In this document: positions 32,900-46,100 of the stretch, piece after piece
Position numbering within the stretch: position 1 is the stretch's first letter
Layout: each line of letters begins with the position of its first letter
Source of the DNA: Sminthopsis crassicaudata
Lineage: Eukaryota
Length of the DNA: 64,000 bases
Assembly: GCF_048593235.1 (NCBI RefSeq)
Contig: NC_133619.1
Coordinates: 597,859,963 to 597,923,962, forward strand
Reading direction: 5' to 3'
Program-made: the position numbers and the translations under genes
Notes under the pieces: model-generated
What the model saw: the letters and a program-made list of their open reading frames with translations, nothing else
Database searches by the model: none
Told to the model about the DNA's origin: nothing

Positions 32900-34060
32900 T
32901 TTAATTTTCGCTCTCTTTGTATGTATATTATTCCTTCTTTTTGGCCAGTTCAAATGAGAATGAAGTTCAAGTGTTAGCCACTAATCCATCTCTCTTTTTA
33001 GTTTGTTTAGATGTCTACTTACGCATCCTGATAATGTGAGATAATTTTTCCAAGCTTTTCTTTTACTGACCCTCCACCATTCCTCTTCCCATGCTTTTCA
33101 TAAGATTGTCAAGACATAAAACATCAAGACAGAACCATTTTCAGGCCTTATCTAATTAGCCTCCTTCTATGAAGCCTGATGATAAGGTTCTGAGGGGAAA
33201 CACATATCAACTCCCTTTCTTTGAACGTAAGCTACTTATCCTCTATCATTCTTCATTAGTGTTTATTTTTCTTTCTCTAAACATTCTTGTTTGAACTTCA
33301 CAATTTCTTTGCAGCTCTCATTCATCAGGAATGCTTAGAAATTCTCTATTTCATTAAAGATATGTTTTCCTCTTGTAGCATTATACTTAAGTTTTGCTGG
33401 GTAAGTTTTGTTTGTTTGTTTGTTTGTTTGTTTGTTTGTTTTCTAAAGCCCATGCCCTCTGCCTTATGGGAATATCAGATTCCAATCTCTCTGTTCCTGT
33501 ATAGTGATGGCTGCTAAATTGTGTATGACCAGACTATGGTTCCTTGGTACTTAAAATGTTTCTTTCTGGCTGCTTGCAGTATTTTTTTCTTTAACTTGAA
33601 AGCTCTGGATTTTGATTATTATGTTCTTGGAAACTTTCCATTTTTTTAGGAAGTGACAAGTGAATTTTATTTCCAATTTGTCTTCTGGTTCTCAGAGATC
33701 TGGGTAGTTTTCTTTTAAAATTTCTAAGGTTTAGGATGTCTAGAATTTTTTCAGTTTTAAAATTCAAATATTCCAATTACTTTAAATTTTTTTACTTTGA
33801 TCTGTTTTCTAGATCAGTTATTTTTGCTATGAGATAACTTACATTTTCTTCTATTTTTTTAGCCTTTTGACTTTGTTTTAATATTTCTTGTAGTTTCATG
33901 GAGTCAGTGGCTTCTCTGTTCCGTTCTGATTTTCAGGAAGATTGTTGCAAGGTTTTCTACTTCTTATACCAAGATATTAATTCCTTTTCTCATTTTTTCT
34001 TCCATAGCTTTCATTTATTTGCCATTCCCTCCTCCCCATTTTTCCATTTCTATAATTCTT
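32900..34060 (-). mobile_element. L1 ORF1/spacer fragment
   Basis: Antisense match to ORF1-like segments elsewhere in the window; contains (TTTG)n at ~33405-33440. Confidence 0.6.
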
Positions 34061-34079
34061 CTTAAAAACTCTTGCTTGT

Positions 34080-37000
34080 GAGCAAGATAGTGGAGAAAAG
34101 GTAAGGACTTACTAAGTTCTCCCCCAAACACTCCAAACACCTTAAATGATTCCTCAATGAAAATTCTAGAGTGGCAAAACATACAAAAGGTCAGAATGAA
34201 ACAATTTTCCAGGCCAAAACAACTTAGAAAATTGGTAGGTTGCACCAGAGTGAGAGGGAAGTATAGTCCAGTGCAGGCTATACCCCAAAAAACCAGCAGT
34301 AAGCCTTTGGGGTGACTGAATCAGTGATGGCAGTGGCAGTTTCTGGATGTTTCAGCCCATAGATGCTAAGAGGGTCAGACAACTAACTAGTCAGAAGGAG
34401 ATTCGAGAGGTTCCTTTGCTAGCTCTGGGGGTAGGACTCTGTTGCATTGTCCATATTTGGATCTGGGTCACCGTACTGGGTCTCAATCCCAGAGTAAGGA
34501 GGAGCACTGGCACACCAGAGCTTATGGTTACAAGGGAGCAGGGGCTCTGGTCACAGTGCAGAGTGGAAAAGTGTTTATGGTCACTCACAGATCAATGCAT
34601 TCGATAAGAGAGTAGTTAATGCACTTCTCCCTAGATCACATCACTTTGGAAAAATTGGAAATTTATTGGTCCCCAGAATTACCTCTGAAAATAATTGCAG
34701 AAAAATATGGAGTTGGGACAGTGCCCCTTTTATTCCAGAAGAAGAGATTTTTTAGCATAGAGTTAAAAATTAATAAGCTGGAAAATGAGGAAAAAGTAAG
34801 GAAAAAAACCTCTACAATTAAAGCACAAATTCAGAAAAACACAATAAAGCCCAAACTCCTGAATCCAAAGCATCAAAGAAAAATATGAATTGGCTCCAGG
34901 CCATGGAGAAGTCAAAAAGTATTTTAAAAATCAACTAAGAAAGATAGAGGAAAACTTTGTAATATAAATGAGATAGAAATCATTTTAAAAAGAGTCAATG
35001 GCTTGGCAAATGTGGCACAAAAAAAGAAGAAAACATCACTCTATAAAACAGAATAGGCCAAATTGTAAAAAAGGCACAAAAATCAAATGAAGAGAAGAAT
35101 ATTTGGGAAAATGGAATTGGCCAAATGGAAAAAGATACATAAAAAATCACAGAAGAACTCTTTAATAAACAAAATTGGCTAAATTGAAAAAGAAATTAAA
35201 AAACTCATTGAAGAAAGTGATACCTTAAAAATTAGAATTGGGAAACTAGAATATATTGATCCCATCAGACAGTAAGAATTAACAAAATGAAATCAAAAGA
35301 ATAAAAAAAATAGAAGGAAATATAAAATATCTCACTAGAAAAGAATCTTATTGAAAACTATATCAAGGAGAAATAATTATCAAATGATCAAAAAAAGAGT
35401 CTAGACATCATCTTTTAAGAAATTATCAAGGAAAACTGCCCTGATATTCGAGAACCAGAGGATAAGATAGAAATGGAAAGAATCCATTGATCACCTGCTA
35501 GATTTTCCAAAATGAAAACTCTAAGGCATATTATAGCCAAATTGAGCTCTAGCTCAAGGAAGAAATACTATAAGTCAAAAAGAAGCAAATCAAATAGATA
35601 AAACATGATTTAGCAGTCTCTACATTAAAGGATTAGAGGTCATGGAATATGATATTCTGTAGGATAAAAGAGCTAGTATTACAACCAAGGATCATTTACC
35701 CAGCAAAACTAAGTATAATCCTTGTGGAGTGGGAAGGAATGGATATTCAATGAATTAGAGGACTTTTAAGCATCCTTGTTGAAAAAAACAGAACTAAGTG
35801 GAAAATTTGATTTTCAAATATAAGATTCAAAAGAAGCATAAAGAAGTAAAGAGGAAAGAGAAATCACAAGGGATTTGCTACGAGCAGAGACAATTAAAGC
35901 AATTGAGGTATTACCTCATAATGATCAGATTGGCTAATATTACAGAAAAGGTATATGACAAATGTTGGATGGAGTATCGGAAAATTAAAATATTAATGCA
36001 CTATTGATGAAATTATATCTGATTTGGAATTAAGCCTAATTAAGACTATAAAACCACACATACTCTTTGACCCAGAGATTTCACTACTCGGTCTGTATCC
36101 CAAAGAAGTAGAAATCAAAAAGAAAAATGATCCATATGTGTTAGGTTCTTACTAAGTGCTAATGAGATAATGAGATGATAGGTTCTTACTAAGTGCTAAG
36201 TCAGTACTTAACAGTTCTCTAGTTCCAGCCTTTAAAGGGAGTTTTACCTCTTTGAACTTTTGGGGAGGAGCTTGCATGCTTAGGAGGAGCAAGTTCATTG
36301 GTTGAAGTATTTTTCCCAGAAGCCCCTGAGTTATTCCACGCCCATTCTCTGGGAGGGTAAAAGAAGCAACATTGAGCAAGGGAGAGAAGTCTCTACTCTA
36401 GGTCAGAGTTGGCGGCTCAAGAGATTGAGTTGGGACAGCACATCTCCTCCCAGAGAGCGATGGGTAGTCTCTGGAGATAACAAAACATTACATATTGGCG
36501 CCCAATGTGGGGCAAGGACTTTTGCTTATCCTGACAAGGACTTATTCTGAGCTCTTTAGAGGAGCTAGACCGGACCTTGACATATATGTATAAAACTATT
36601 TAAAGAACTCTTTTAGTGGTGGTAAAAAATTGAAAATTGAGGGGATGCTCATCAATTGGGGAATGGTTGAACACGTTGTGGCATATGATTGTGATGGAAT
36701 ACTATTGTGCTGAAATGATGAGCAGATGCTCTCAGAAAAACCTGGACTTACCTGAACTGATGCAAAGAGAAATCAGCAGAACCAGAACACTAGGCACATT
36801 AACAGTAATATTGTATCTACTACTGTGAATAACTTAGCTATTCTCAGCAATATAATGACCCAAGACAATTTGGAAAGAGTTATGATGAAAGGTACTGTCC
36901 ATCTCAAGAGAAAAAGCTGGTGGAGCCTGAATGCAGATCAAAGATACTTTTCCTTTACTTCATTTTTTCTTGTTTTTTTTTGGGGGGGGCTATTTTTTTT

Positions 37001-37170
37001 CAAAGCAAGACTAGACATGAAAGGTATTTTCTATGACTACACATGAATGACCTAAGTCAAATTGCTTGCCTTTTCAATGAGGGAGGTAAGGGATGGAGAG
37101 AATGTGTAACTCAAAATAAAAAAAAAAAACATTGAAAATTGTTATTATATGTAATTGGAGAAAATATTCA
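34080..37170 (+). mobile_element. L1 with 5'UTR, degenerate ORF1 and 3' end, lacking most of ORF2; solo LTR inserted
   Basis: 5' end homologous to 931; ORF1 at ~34860-35860; jumps to the LRYYL..IRLA ORF2 C-terminus at ~35900; 3' UTR 36589-37170. Confidence 0.75.
36139..36582 (+). mobile_element. Solo LTR (class II ERV-like) with internal PBS motif
   Basis: TGTTAGG...CCTTGACA termini; TSD catatg/tatatg (36133-36138, 36583-36588); interrupts a contiguous L1 sequence. Confidence 0.88.
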
Positions 37171-38200
37171 ATATAAAAAACTTCTTGCTTCATCTTAGGA
37201 ATTCTAGCTGAGTTTGTGTCACAGTTATGTTTTTCTATGTTTTTCAATGTTTTGAAGTAATTTTATTCTGTGTTAATATCCTGAGTGCCCCTGCCACCAT
37301 AATAGCTCATTATGTTTGAATTCTTTTTTTCATTTGATCATTTTCCCAGGCTACTTCCTGATTTCAGATTTGATGTTAGGTCTGTGCTCTGTAGCACTTC
37401 TGAAGGGAATGTCTGGGTTGATCTTACTGTGTTCTTGGGGCACTGAGTGTTGTGTGATTGTGGGATCTCAGGCCTGGGAGCTGCAAGCTTTCAGTGTTTC
37501 CAAAGTGGTCTGATCCAGAGCAAAATCTGATTGCTGCCCCTCAGTCTGATCTCTGAAAATTCTTTACCTGAGTCTGGGTTTAGAAAGAGAAGGTAACTGC
37601 TAGTCTCTGTGCTCTATTGACCAACAGGAAAGCTCAAGTTCTCCTTTGGTGTGAGATTCCCGCCTTTGTTCTTTTTTTTACAGGTTGGTCTAGATGCTTT
37701 AACCTGGGGTTTGGGTCATGCTGCTGTTGCTTATTCCTTCCTCTATACACCTCAGAAGGCCTTCTTACCCACTTTTCTTTCTGCAGCTCGCCATGGGGAC
37801 CTAGGGTGGGGAATGCTCCAGGAGGGCCTAGGCCCTCCTCCAACCCTGGTGCCCCACCTCTCCCTGGTTTCTGGCATTCTTTCCCCCATCCTGTTCCAGA
37901 GTCTGAAGACCTCTCTGTCTGTATCCCTGTGCCAAGGTGGGTTGGTCCAAGAGTTCACAGTCACTTCCCATCAGGATTTGGTCTGGTGCATTTTCTCATT
38001 AGGTTTGGAGGAATTTGTGGGTCGGGAGCTCACTGCCCTGCTTCCTTTTACTGCAATCTTGGTCCTACCTTGAACTATTTTCTTTCTTTAGAACATCTTC
38101 AAAGCCAAATCTTGGCTGGGGTCATGGGAACTCAGGACTGGAAGTTAGGATATCTGGCCTCTAACGCTGAATCTGCCATTTCCTCTCTGTGTAAAAGTCC
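37170..38200 (-). mobile_element. L1 5'UTR/ORF1-start fragments
   Basis: Ends ..tctgccattt (reverse complement of an aagatggc-like start) near 38180. Confidence 0.5.
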
Positions 38201-38389
38201 CTTCTGTCCTTAGGTAGCTCAAGTGGACATTGTACCTGTAGGCATGTTCTGAAGATCAAAAAGGTAATGGATAGGAAACAATTTTGAAAAGGCTAATGTT
38301 CTGTAGTTACTACAGAACTTTGTTAAAAAAACAAACCAAAAAAATTATAGCCTCCTCAATAATCTCAAGGTAATATCTAATAATATTAA

Positions 38390-38645
38390 TAGTTAATATT
38401 TATATATTACCTACTTTAATGTGCCAGAAATTGTGTCAAGCACTTTACAAACAGTATCCCACTAGATCCTCAAAACAACTCTAGGAAATAGGTGCTATTA
38501 TTATTCTCATTTTACAGATGAGAAAACTGAGTCAGGTAGGGGTGAAGTGACTTGCCCAGCTCCACACAGCTAGTAAGTATCTGAGCCCGGATTTGAACCT
38601 GTCTTCTTGACCCCAGGCCCAGCACACCATCCCATAGCTGCCCCA
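38390..38645 (-). mobile_element. CORE-SINE (MIR/Mar1)
   Basis: attttacagatgagaaaactgag..aagtgacttgccc..gatttgaacc. Confidence 0.8.
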
Positions 38646-39820
38646 CGGTGGTGAGAACAAGGACAAAACCAGCACAAGCACCTTTTACTCCTTACTCTTT
38701 CCTCCTACAGCTCCTATTACTCTCACATTTGCCCTGTTGTGAGGATCCCCTCGCCTGATGTCCCCTCTGATGCTCACCATCTTCTGGCATCCCTCAAAAG
38801 CTTCCGGCAAGGGCTCTGGGGCCCTGTATTCTGCCCCCTGGGCTCCGGGTACCTCTAGCCTCAGAGGCTGTCTGACCCATTGAATGAGGAAACGGAGGAA
38901 GAGCTAGACTTGGGAGTCAGGAAGCTGGGCTTGGTCCTTAATCAAGCTCTGCAACCGTCTCAATCTTAGAAACCTCAGCCTTTACACCTGTAAAATGGTG
39001 TACTGTTGCTTACCCTCGGGGCAGGGTAAAGTTTAAGCCTTCAGGAGAGCAAGAGCCATCTTGTCCTTCCGCACAGAATAAGCTCACACCAGTCCTGGCC
39101 TGAATAACCACCACCTCTCTCTAAAAGAGCCCATCCTCCCCTCCTCCAACAGCTCCCAACTTCCCATGCTCTGAGGAAGGCCTCTCTCCCAGCCCCTCCA
39201 GGCCCTGACCCAGACATGCCCTGTCTCTGACGCCAAAGGTTCCCTTTCCTTGTACCTGCCTCAGTCCCACTCACTTTGCACCCCTCACACAGGGAGGTCC
39301 TGGGCTGGGCCCAGGCCAGACACTCACGTGGCCCCACATCCAGCTGCTAGGAGGAGTACTTCTCCCGGCCGTGGCTGGTGCCTTAAGGCCAGACCCAGGG
39401 ATGGCCCACGGCCAGGTAAAGGTGCCCATGCTTTTCATCGGCCCTACACCCATTTCGGTTAGGATGGGGACGGCCAGCTGCTCTGTTAGTCAAGGAACAG
39501 ACAAATGGCCCAGATGGGCAAGGCAGATGGAAGAGGCTCAAGATCTCCAGGTCCATTCTCTTTTGGAAACTGCTGCCCCCCAGAGGAGTGGAATTGCCAG
39601 GAACCTTCAGGGGACTTTGGCAATGCTCTCTGACAGCAGGGATGAAAGCACGTGGTGGGCATCAGAGAGACGGTGCCAGGGACACTGATGGCTGCTTCCC
39701 CCACGCTGGGACAGGATTAGGATAATCCCTACCAGTTGGGGCCTCTCCTGGGGTGGGGGCAGGGAGGTGAAACAGATTTCCACTCTCCAAAAAACAAGCC
39801 ATGATATAGAAAAGAAAATC

Positions 39821-39826
39821 TTTATT
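39821..39826 (-). terminator. P3H1 polyadenylation signal AATAAA
   Basis: tttatt on the plus strand, ~350 nt past the stop codon. Confidence 0.7.
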
Positions 39827-40179
39827 CTTTGGTTGTCTATATAAGGTACCCAAATACTGGAGTGTTGCTGGCTCTGAAAGCCGGCCTGCACCAGGACTCC
39901 TGGCAGCTGCCCAATCCCCCAGAGAGGGAGAGCTGAGCCTCCAGGCCAGAATGTAAGAAGCAGCAGGCCGGCCCTTCCGGCCAGCCACTCAAGTAGTAGC
40001 ACCAAGCCTGGGGGACATGTCCAGTCACTTTGGCTCTGCAAATTGGTGCAAGCAGCAGACAGAAGTCACAACCAGTTCCCTAGCCCCAAGGCACTTGAGG
40101 GGACCAGACCGATCTCATCGCAGGCACCCCAGTTCTCCATCAATCCGTGTGCAGCCAATACCCTTCCTCCTGGACACTG

Positions 40180-43100
40180 TCATAACTCATCCTTGCTCCC
40201 TGACTTGGTCGCTGAGGGAGGCTCCGTGGGAGGCACAGGTGCATCCTGGGACTTGTCATGGGGCTGCTCCTGGGACAGGTCCGGTTCTTCAGGGCTGAAG
40301 AGCATCTTCACCAGGTCGTCTGCCTGCACTCGGTCCTGTGAGTACAGAGGGCAGGTAGGGCAGGTAGGGAAAGTCCCTATCACCTTTCCTAGTGGTTAGG
40401 GGGCCTTATGACCTGGGAAATCATTTTCTCCAGTCATCTCCAACTTTGGAGGAAGGGGCATTCAGAAGACCTCACCCCTAGTTCTGCCTGCCCCTGGCAT
40501 TCTGGGGCAGAAGAAGACAATGAGTCACTTAAAATTACTGTCATGATATCTAGTCTGGAGAAATAAATAGGCTCCCAAGAGAGTGAAGGGGCCTGACGCA
40601 TCCTGTCCAATCTTGCCCCTTTTTCTGAAGAGGGGTTAGAGATCATCAGGACCCGCCAGGTGTTCTTCCCACCACATTTCGGTCAGGGAGAAGGAAGATG
40701 GAGGAAGTGGAGTGGAGGGGGGATAGGAGGGGGGTCCTCTGAGAAGGGAGCACTCACCCGCTCACTGTGCCGGGGGTCCAGGGTGAACCAGAGTGCAATG
40801 GCGCAGCGCTGCCCCCTGGTGACAGCCCTCACCCCATGCGGGTTCTCAGCCCCTGAGGTGAAGCCCACCGCTCTGCCACACTGGGGCTGCACTTCTGCCT
40901 GAGAAAGGAAACAAGGTAGGCTGTGGCACTTGGCCCTGGGCCAGGGCAGGTGGCAGGTGCCAAGCAGTGCCAGAGCCCAAACCAGGGCTGCCAGGCTGCC
41001 TCCAGGGAGGCACCCTGTGCCCTCCCGTCCCGGGCACTGCAGCTACCCCACACCTGCCAGACCCCAGGACAGTCACTCACCGTCACTGTCTTGGCATCTA
41101 GTTCAGTGAAATAAAAGTTTCCTCCGTCAAAGTCCCCATTTAGGTAGAGAATAGCACTGGAAGAGACACAAGCAGACGCTGAGTGTGGGCCCTCCATCAG
41201 GCTCCAGGCCTGATCAGGACAGCTGGCCCTCAGGAGGGAGAGGCCCTGGGGGAAGCGAGGATAGAGGCCTGCTACCTGTAGTCCCGGAAAGTGTAGGCAG
41301 GAGGCTCCTTGATGCACACCAGTGCCTCTGAATTCAGGATGCAATTGTCCACGTGCACCGGATGGCTGCTGTCGGTCCTGTCCTCCTGGGCTTCTAGAAT
41401 CCAAGCACGTCAGCTGTGAGGCAGAGACCCCCCTCCCTACCAGGAGGCCCCAAGTGCCCCCAAAAGAGAGACAGGAGGAAGGGGCTCCACCTGCGGGACC
41501 TACCTTCGATCGCTGTGCGGCACACCAGGTGGGAGTAGGAGAAATAGAGGGGCGTATCCAGCCGGAAGTAGGATTCCATGACGCGCCTCACCTTCTCGGT
41601 CACGTTGTAGTAGAGATGGGCACTCTGCAGGGGCACCTTCCCCTCCTGGCCCAGCTACCCGGGAGGCATGGCCCAAGGTTAGCGCCAACGCCTGGTCCTT
41701 CCCAGGCAGCCCCCAAGGCTTCTGGTCCTCAGCCCCCTCCCTTTCCCATCATACTCAACCTCCTCAGGACCAAGCTCCTTTACCCCAATCTCCAGATGGC
41801 TTTTGGGTGCTCCTCAAGGGCCCCTGAGCTTTCTCCTCAGAAAACAATCTTCCCCTAATCCTGAGGTCTCCCGATCTTGTCCTCCCTCTTTCTGACAGCA
41901 TGTGACCCAATGTCCAGTAGGAGGACCCCAAAATAAAGCTCCTTAAACACAGTGACCCTTCTTTCCAGGGAAAGCAGGAGGAAGGGGGTAAAGCAGCTTT
42001 CTTTGAATGCCTTCCTTTCGAGCCAGTCTATCGTTCTTCTCACCTTGAGGGCTTTGAAGACAGTGACCCCGTAGAACTTCTCACTTTTGGTGTGGGGAGA
42101 AGTGTGACCTCGGTACCCATCCCCTGCAGTTGCTGCTGCCTGGAGGACAGACCCCCAATCAGAGAAGAGTCACTGTTCCTCATGCCAGACGTCCCTGCCG
42201 CCCAGAGCCCACCGGCCGAGGGCAGGGTTATCAGTCCTCTTGGGGAGGGGAGCAGGGCTGGGATCCCTCTGGCAAAGCCACTCACATTGGTGAGTCTCTG
42301 CAGCTGCCGACACTCATCATCAGAGATGACTCCATCCATCACCACTCGCTGGGAGCCATTCAGCACCTTGGAGCTCATGGTAAGGCTGATTCCATCATAG
42401 AGGAGGGGGCCTCCTGGAGGAGAGGATGGAACCCAGCTGGGATTGGGCCCATGACCCGCCTAGGAGTGCCTGCTCTCTGGGGACGTCTCCCTCCTACCAC
42501 CCCCAGAGGCAGTGTGGCTTTGTGGGAAGCAGGAAGCTGTGAAAGGCAGGGGCAGGCCTTGCTCTCGGCTCTGCCCCTAGAGACCATCTGACAACCTGGG
42601 CTATTATAGCCTACAGAGAAAAGTTTCCAAAAGTCTCCAACAGGAACAACTCAAACCATTTAAGAAGCACTGACAGCTCAGGAGTGCTTTTCCAAAACCC
42701 CCAGGAAATGGGCTGCCCAAGTGTCTGCTGTGTCATATTAGGCAAGGCTCTCCTAGATGAGAGGGTGCTCCATTCAGGGTCTCAATAGGGGCACTGGCTG
42801 AGTGTGGAACTGAGATGAGACCCCAAGGCCATGCAGCACGTGAGTAGAAAACTCGCAATCTGAACCCAGGGCTTCTGATTAGCGATCTAGAGGCTTTTCC
42901 CATCTGACCACCTAAGGCCCCTGACAGGCATCCTCCAATTATGGGCATCTGCCTTATTCTCCCAAGCAGATAATAATGGAGAGGAGGGCAGGATCATGTC
43001 TCCTCCCTTCTGGATTTTCCACAGAGCCAATAAGGCCTGGCTGAATTGAATGGTTATTGGACTCTTAGGGGTCTTGTTTTCATTGGTTTGCATATTACTA

Positions 43101-46100
43101 CGTACAGCATTCATGAAATAATTCCTGTGTCAGCAGTCTCCTCTAAAAGCCAGGAATGACCTGGGCGTCAGACTCTAGTCTTTCTCCTGGATTACCTCAA
43201 CCCCTCTGGGCCTGCCTTCCACCCTGGGCCTGCCCCACGCCTTGGGCAGAGGCACTTTTGGCCCAATGCCACTTTACTCTAAGGCAGTAAACCCCCCTGG
43301 AGCCTACATGGAACTATCAGCTCTAAGGGCCTGATCCCCACATCTGTTCTATTACCACTGGCCCTCTCACCTTCCCGAGCGAGCAGGCTCACGTCCACAG
43401 CTTCCTTTGTCTTCTCCTCCACGAGAGTTTCAATCTCCTTCATGAGGTTTCCAATCTCTTGAGAAATGCGTACAGCTGTCTCCCGTTCTGTCCTGTTAGG
43501 ACATGTCCTCTGAGGAACCCCACTCCAAAAGCAGCCCTAGTATCTCAACGTCATCATACTAGGCCCACCCCTCTGACCACCTGTCATCCCTGAACAGAAT
43601 TCAATCCTGATTGATAACACATCAGGAGGTAGTTATATCCAAGGGCCCAAACCTAATCAAAGGCTCAACTTAAAGTCCTCACTTCTGCTTTTCTTGCAGT
43701 CTCTTGGGAATCACCTCCTCTGGGGTCCATGTGTCCTAAAACAGGCAAGAAAATATTAGGAAAGGCTTGCTAACCAGTTAGTCCATATTTCTGCTTACAA
43801 AGTAGGGCTAAGATGTGTTCCAGGGGGAAAATAGGCTGATGCTGCTCTCCAATAACTTATTCCAAGTCCATTCCTGTCTCCTCCTCCCATCCCTGACAAT
43901 CAACATCCATCCAACTCCAGACAGTCCCAGGACCATGTCAACCTCATACTCCCCAGACTATCCCAAGTTATTGCTTACTGGGTCCACAAAGGGAATTCCA
44001 AATACATCGTAAGCAAAGAAAAGCAGCTCCTTCTCCAACAGGCTTCGGTGTCGGTATCTCTGGGCATTCTGAGGAAGAAAGATAACAAACAACAATTACT
44101 AATTAATTGTTGCATGCAAAACATTATTAGATTCTGGAGGAAAGATTAAAAATCTTTTATAAGATAGTCCTTGTCCTGGAGCTCACACTATGTATTTGAT
44201 TAAGGTGTAGGACAGACTGCCTGCATTTTTTATTTCCTTCACAGGCTAATTGTACACTATTTCAAAGCCTGATTCTTTTTGTACAGCAAAATAACTGTAT
44301 GGACAAGTATACATATATTGTATTTACTTTATACTTTAACATATTTAACATGTATTGGTCAACCTGCCATATGGGGGGTGGAAGGAGGGGAAAAATTGGA
44401 ACAAAAGGTTTGGCAATTGTCAATGTAAAATTACCCATGAATATATCTGGTAAATAAAAACTATAATTAATAAAAAATTAATTAATTTTAAAAAAGGTGT
44501 AGAATAGAAATAACCCTAATATTTAAGAGTGAAGGGCCATGTGATACCTGGAAAGGGAAGAGAAGGGGGAAACAGAGAAGGCTTCTTGGAGAAAGTGGCA
44601 TTTAAGTAGAGTTCTAAAAAAATGTAGTTGGATATAGAAATCTATCTTACCCTACAGGAAGTAGGAGAGAAAAGGAATAAAAGAAGGAGGGGGAATGCTG
44701 ATAGGAGGGAAGGCAGAATGGGGGAAGCAGTAGTCAGAAGCAAAATGCTTTTAAGGTTGCACAGGGTAAGAAAAGAGAATGAGTAGGATAAACAAGGGGA
44801 GGAAAGGATGGAGGGAATATATAGAAATCATAATGGAGGGAATATGTAGAAATCATAACCATGAAAAAAATTTACAGCAAGTTTCCCTGATAAAGGCCTC
44901 ATTTCTCAAATCTATAGAGAACTGAATCAAATTTATAAAAATAAGAGCCATTCCTCAGTTGAGGATGTGCACAGGCATTAGTTTTCAGACTAAATATAAA
45001 AGCTCTCTATAGTCAACTGAAAAATGCTCTGAATCGCTATTGATTAGAAAAAATGCAAATTAAAAGAACTCTGAGGTACCAGCCACACCTCTCAGATAGA
45101 TTAATATGACAGGAGAGGATATAGGAAAATTAAGACACTAATGAATTGCTGGTACAGTTGTGAACTGCAATTTGGAATTAAGCTCAAAGGGCTATAAAAG
45201 CACATAAACTCTTCAGCCAGAAATATAACAGCTAGGTCTGCATCCCAAAGAGATTTTTTTAAAAAAGGAAAAAGGCTGATATGTACAAACATATTTATAT
45301 CAACTTTCTTGATGATGGCAAAAAAAAAATCCAAAAAAAACACTGGAAATTGAGGCAATATATATAAATAGGGGAATGCTGAATAAATTGTGGTGTGACT
45401 GAGATGGAATTCTATTGGGCTATAAAAAATGAGCAGGATGCTCTCAGAAAAATGTAGAAAGGCTTACATGAGTTGATCCAAAATAAAATGAGCAGAAAGA
45501 ACACTGTGTACAGTAACAGCAATATTATACAATGATCAACTAAGCTATTATCAACAATACAATGATCTAAGATAATTCTGAAGGAGCCATCATGGAAAAT
45601 GCTATCCATGTCCAGAGAAAGAACATAGAGTCTGAATGCAGATTGAAACATACTTATTTAGGCTTTATTTTTCTTTGTTGTTGTTTTTGTAGGGGACTAT
45701 CTTTCATAATATGATTAATACAAATATTTATTTTGCATGACTATACATGTATAACTACATTAAATTGCTTGCTTTCTCAATGAGGAAAGGAGAAAGGGAA
45801 TTTAAAACCCCAAATTAAAAAAAAGTGTTAAAATTATTTTGGCATGTAAAAACAAAATTTTTTTAAAAGGATGTGTAAGAGTTCAAGCAAAGGAAGGACA
45901 TTTCAAGTAGAGAGAAGAGTGTAAGCAAAGGGATGTTTAGCTTGGAGAATGAATGAATCCCTGAGTGTGAGAGATCTTAGGAGAGAGTCTATTCCCTCTT
46001 TCACATGACAGTCCTTCCACCTGCAGCAGGTTTTCTTCTGACTGAAGGCTGAGGATTGAAACACTCCCAGTTCCTTCGTTCCACTGATCTTCACATGGCA

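Noticed and set aside
37617-38213. 198-aa ORF
   Set aside because: Lies in L1-like 5' sequence; non-ATG start; no homology recognised
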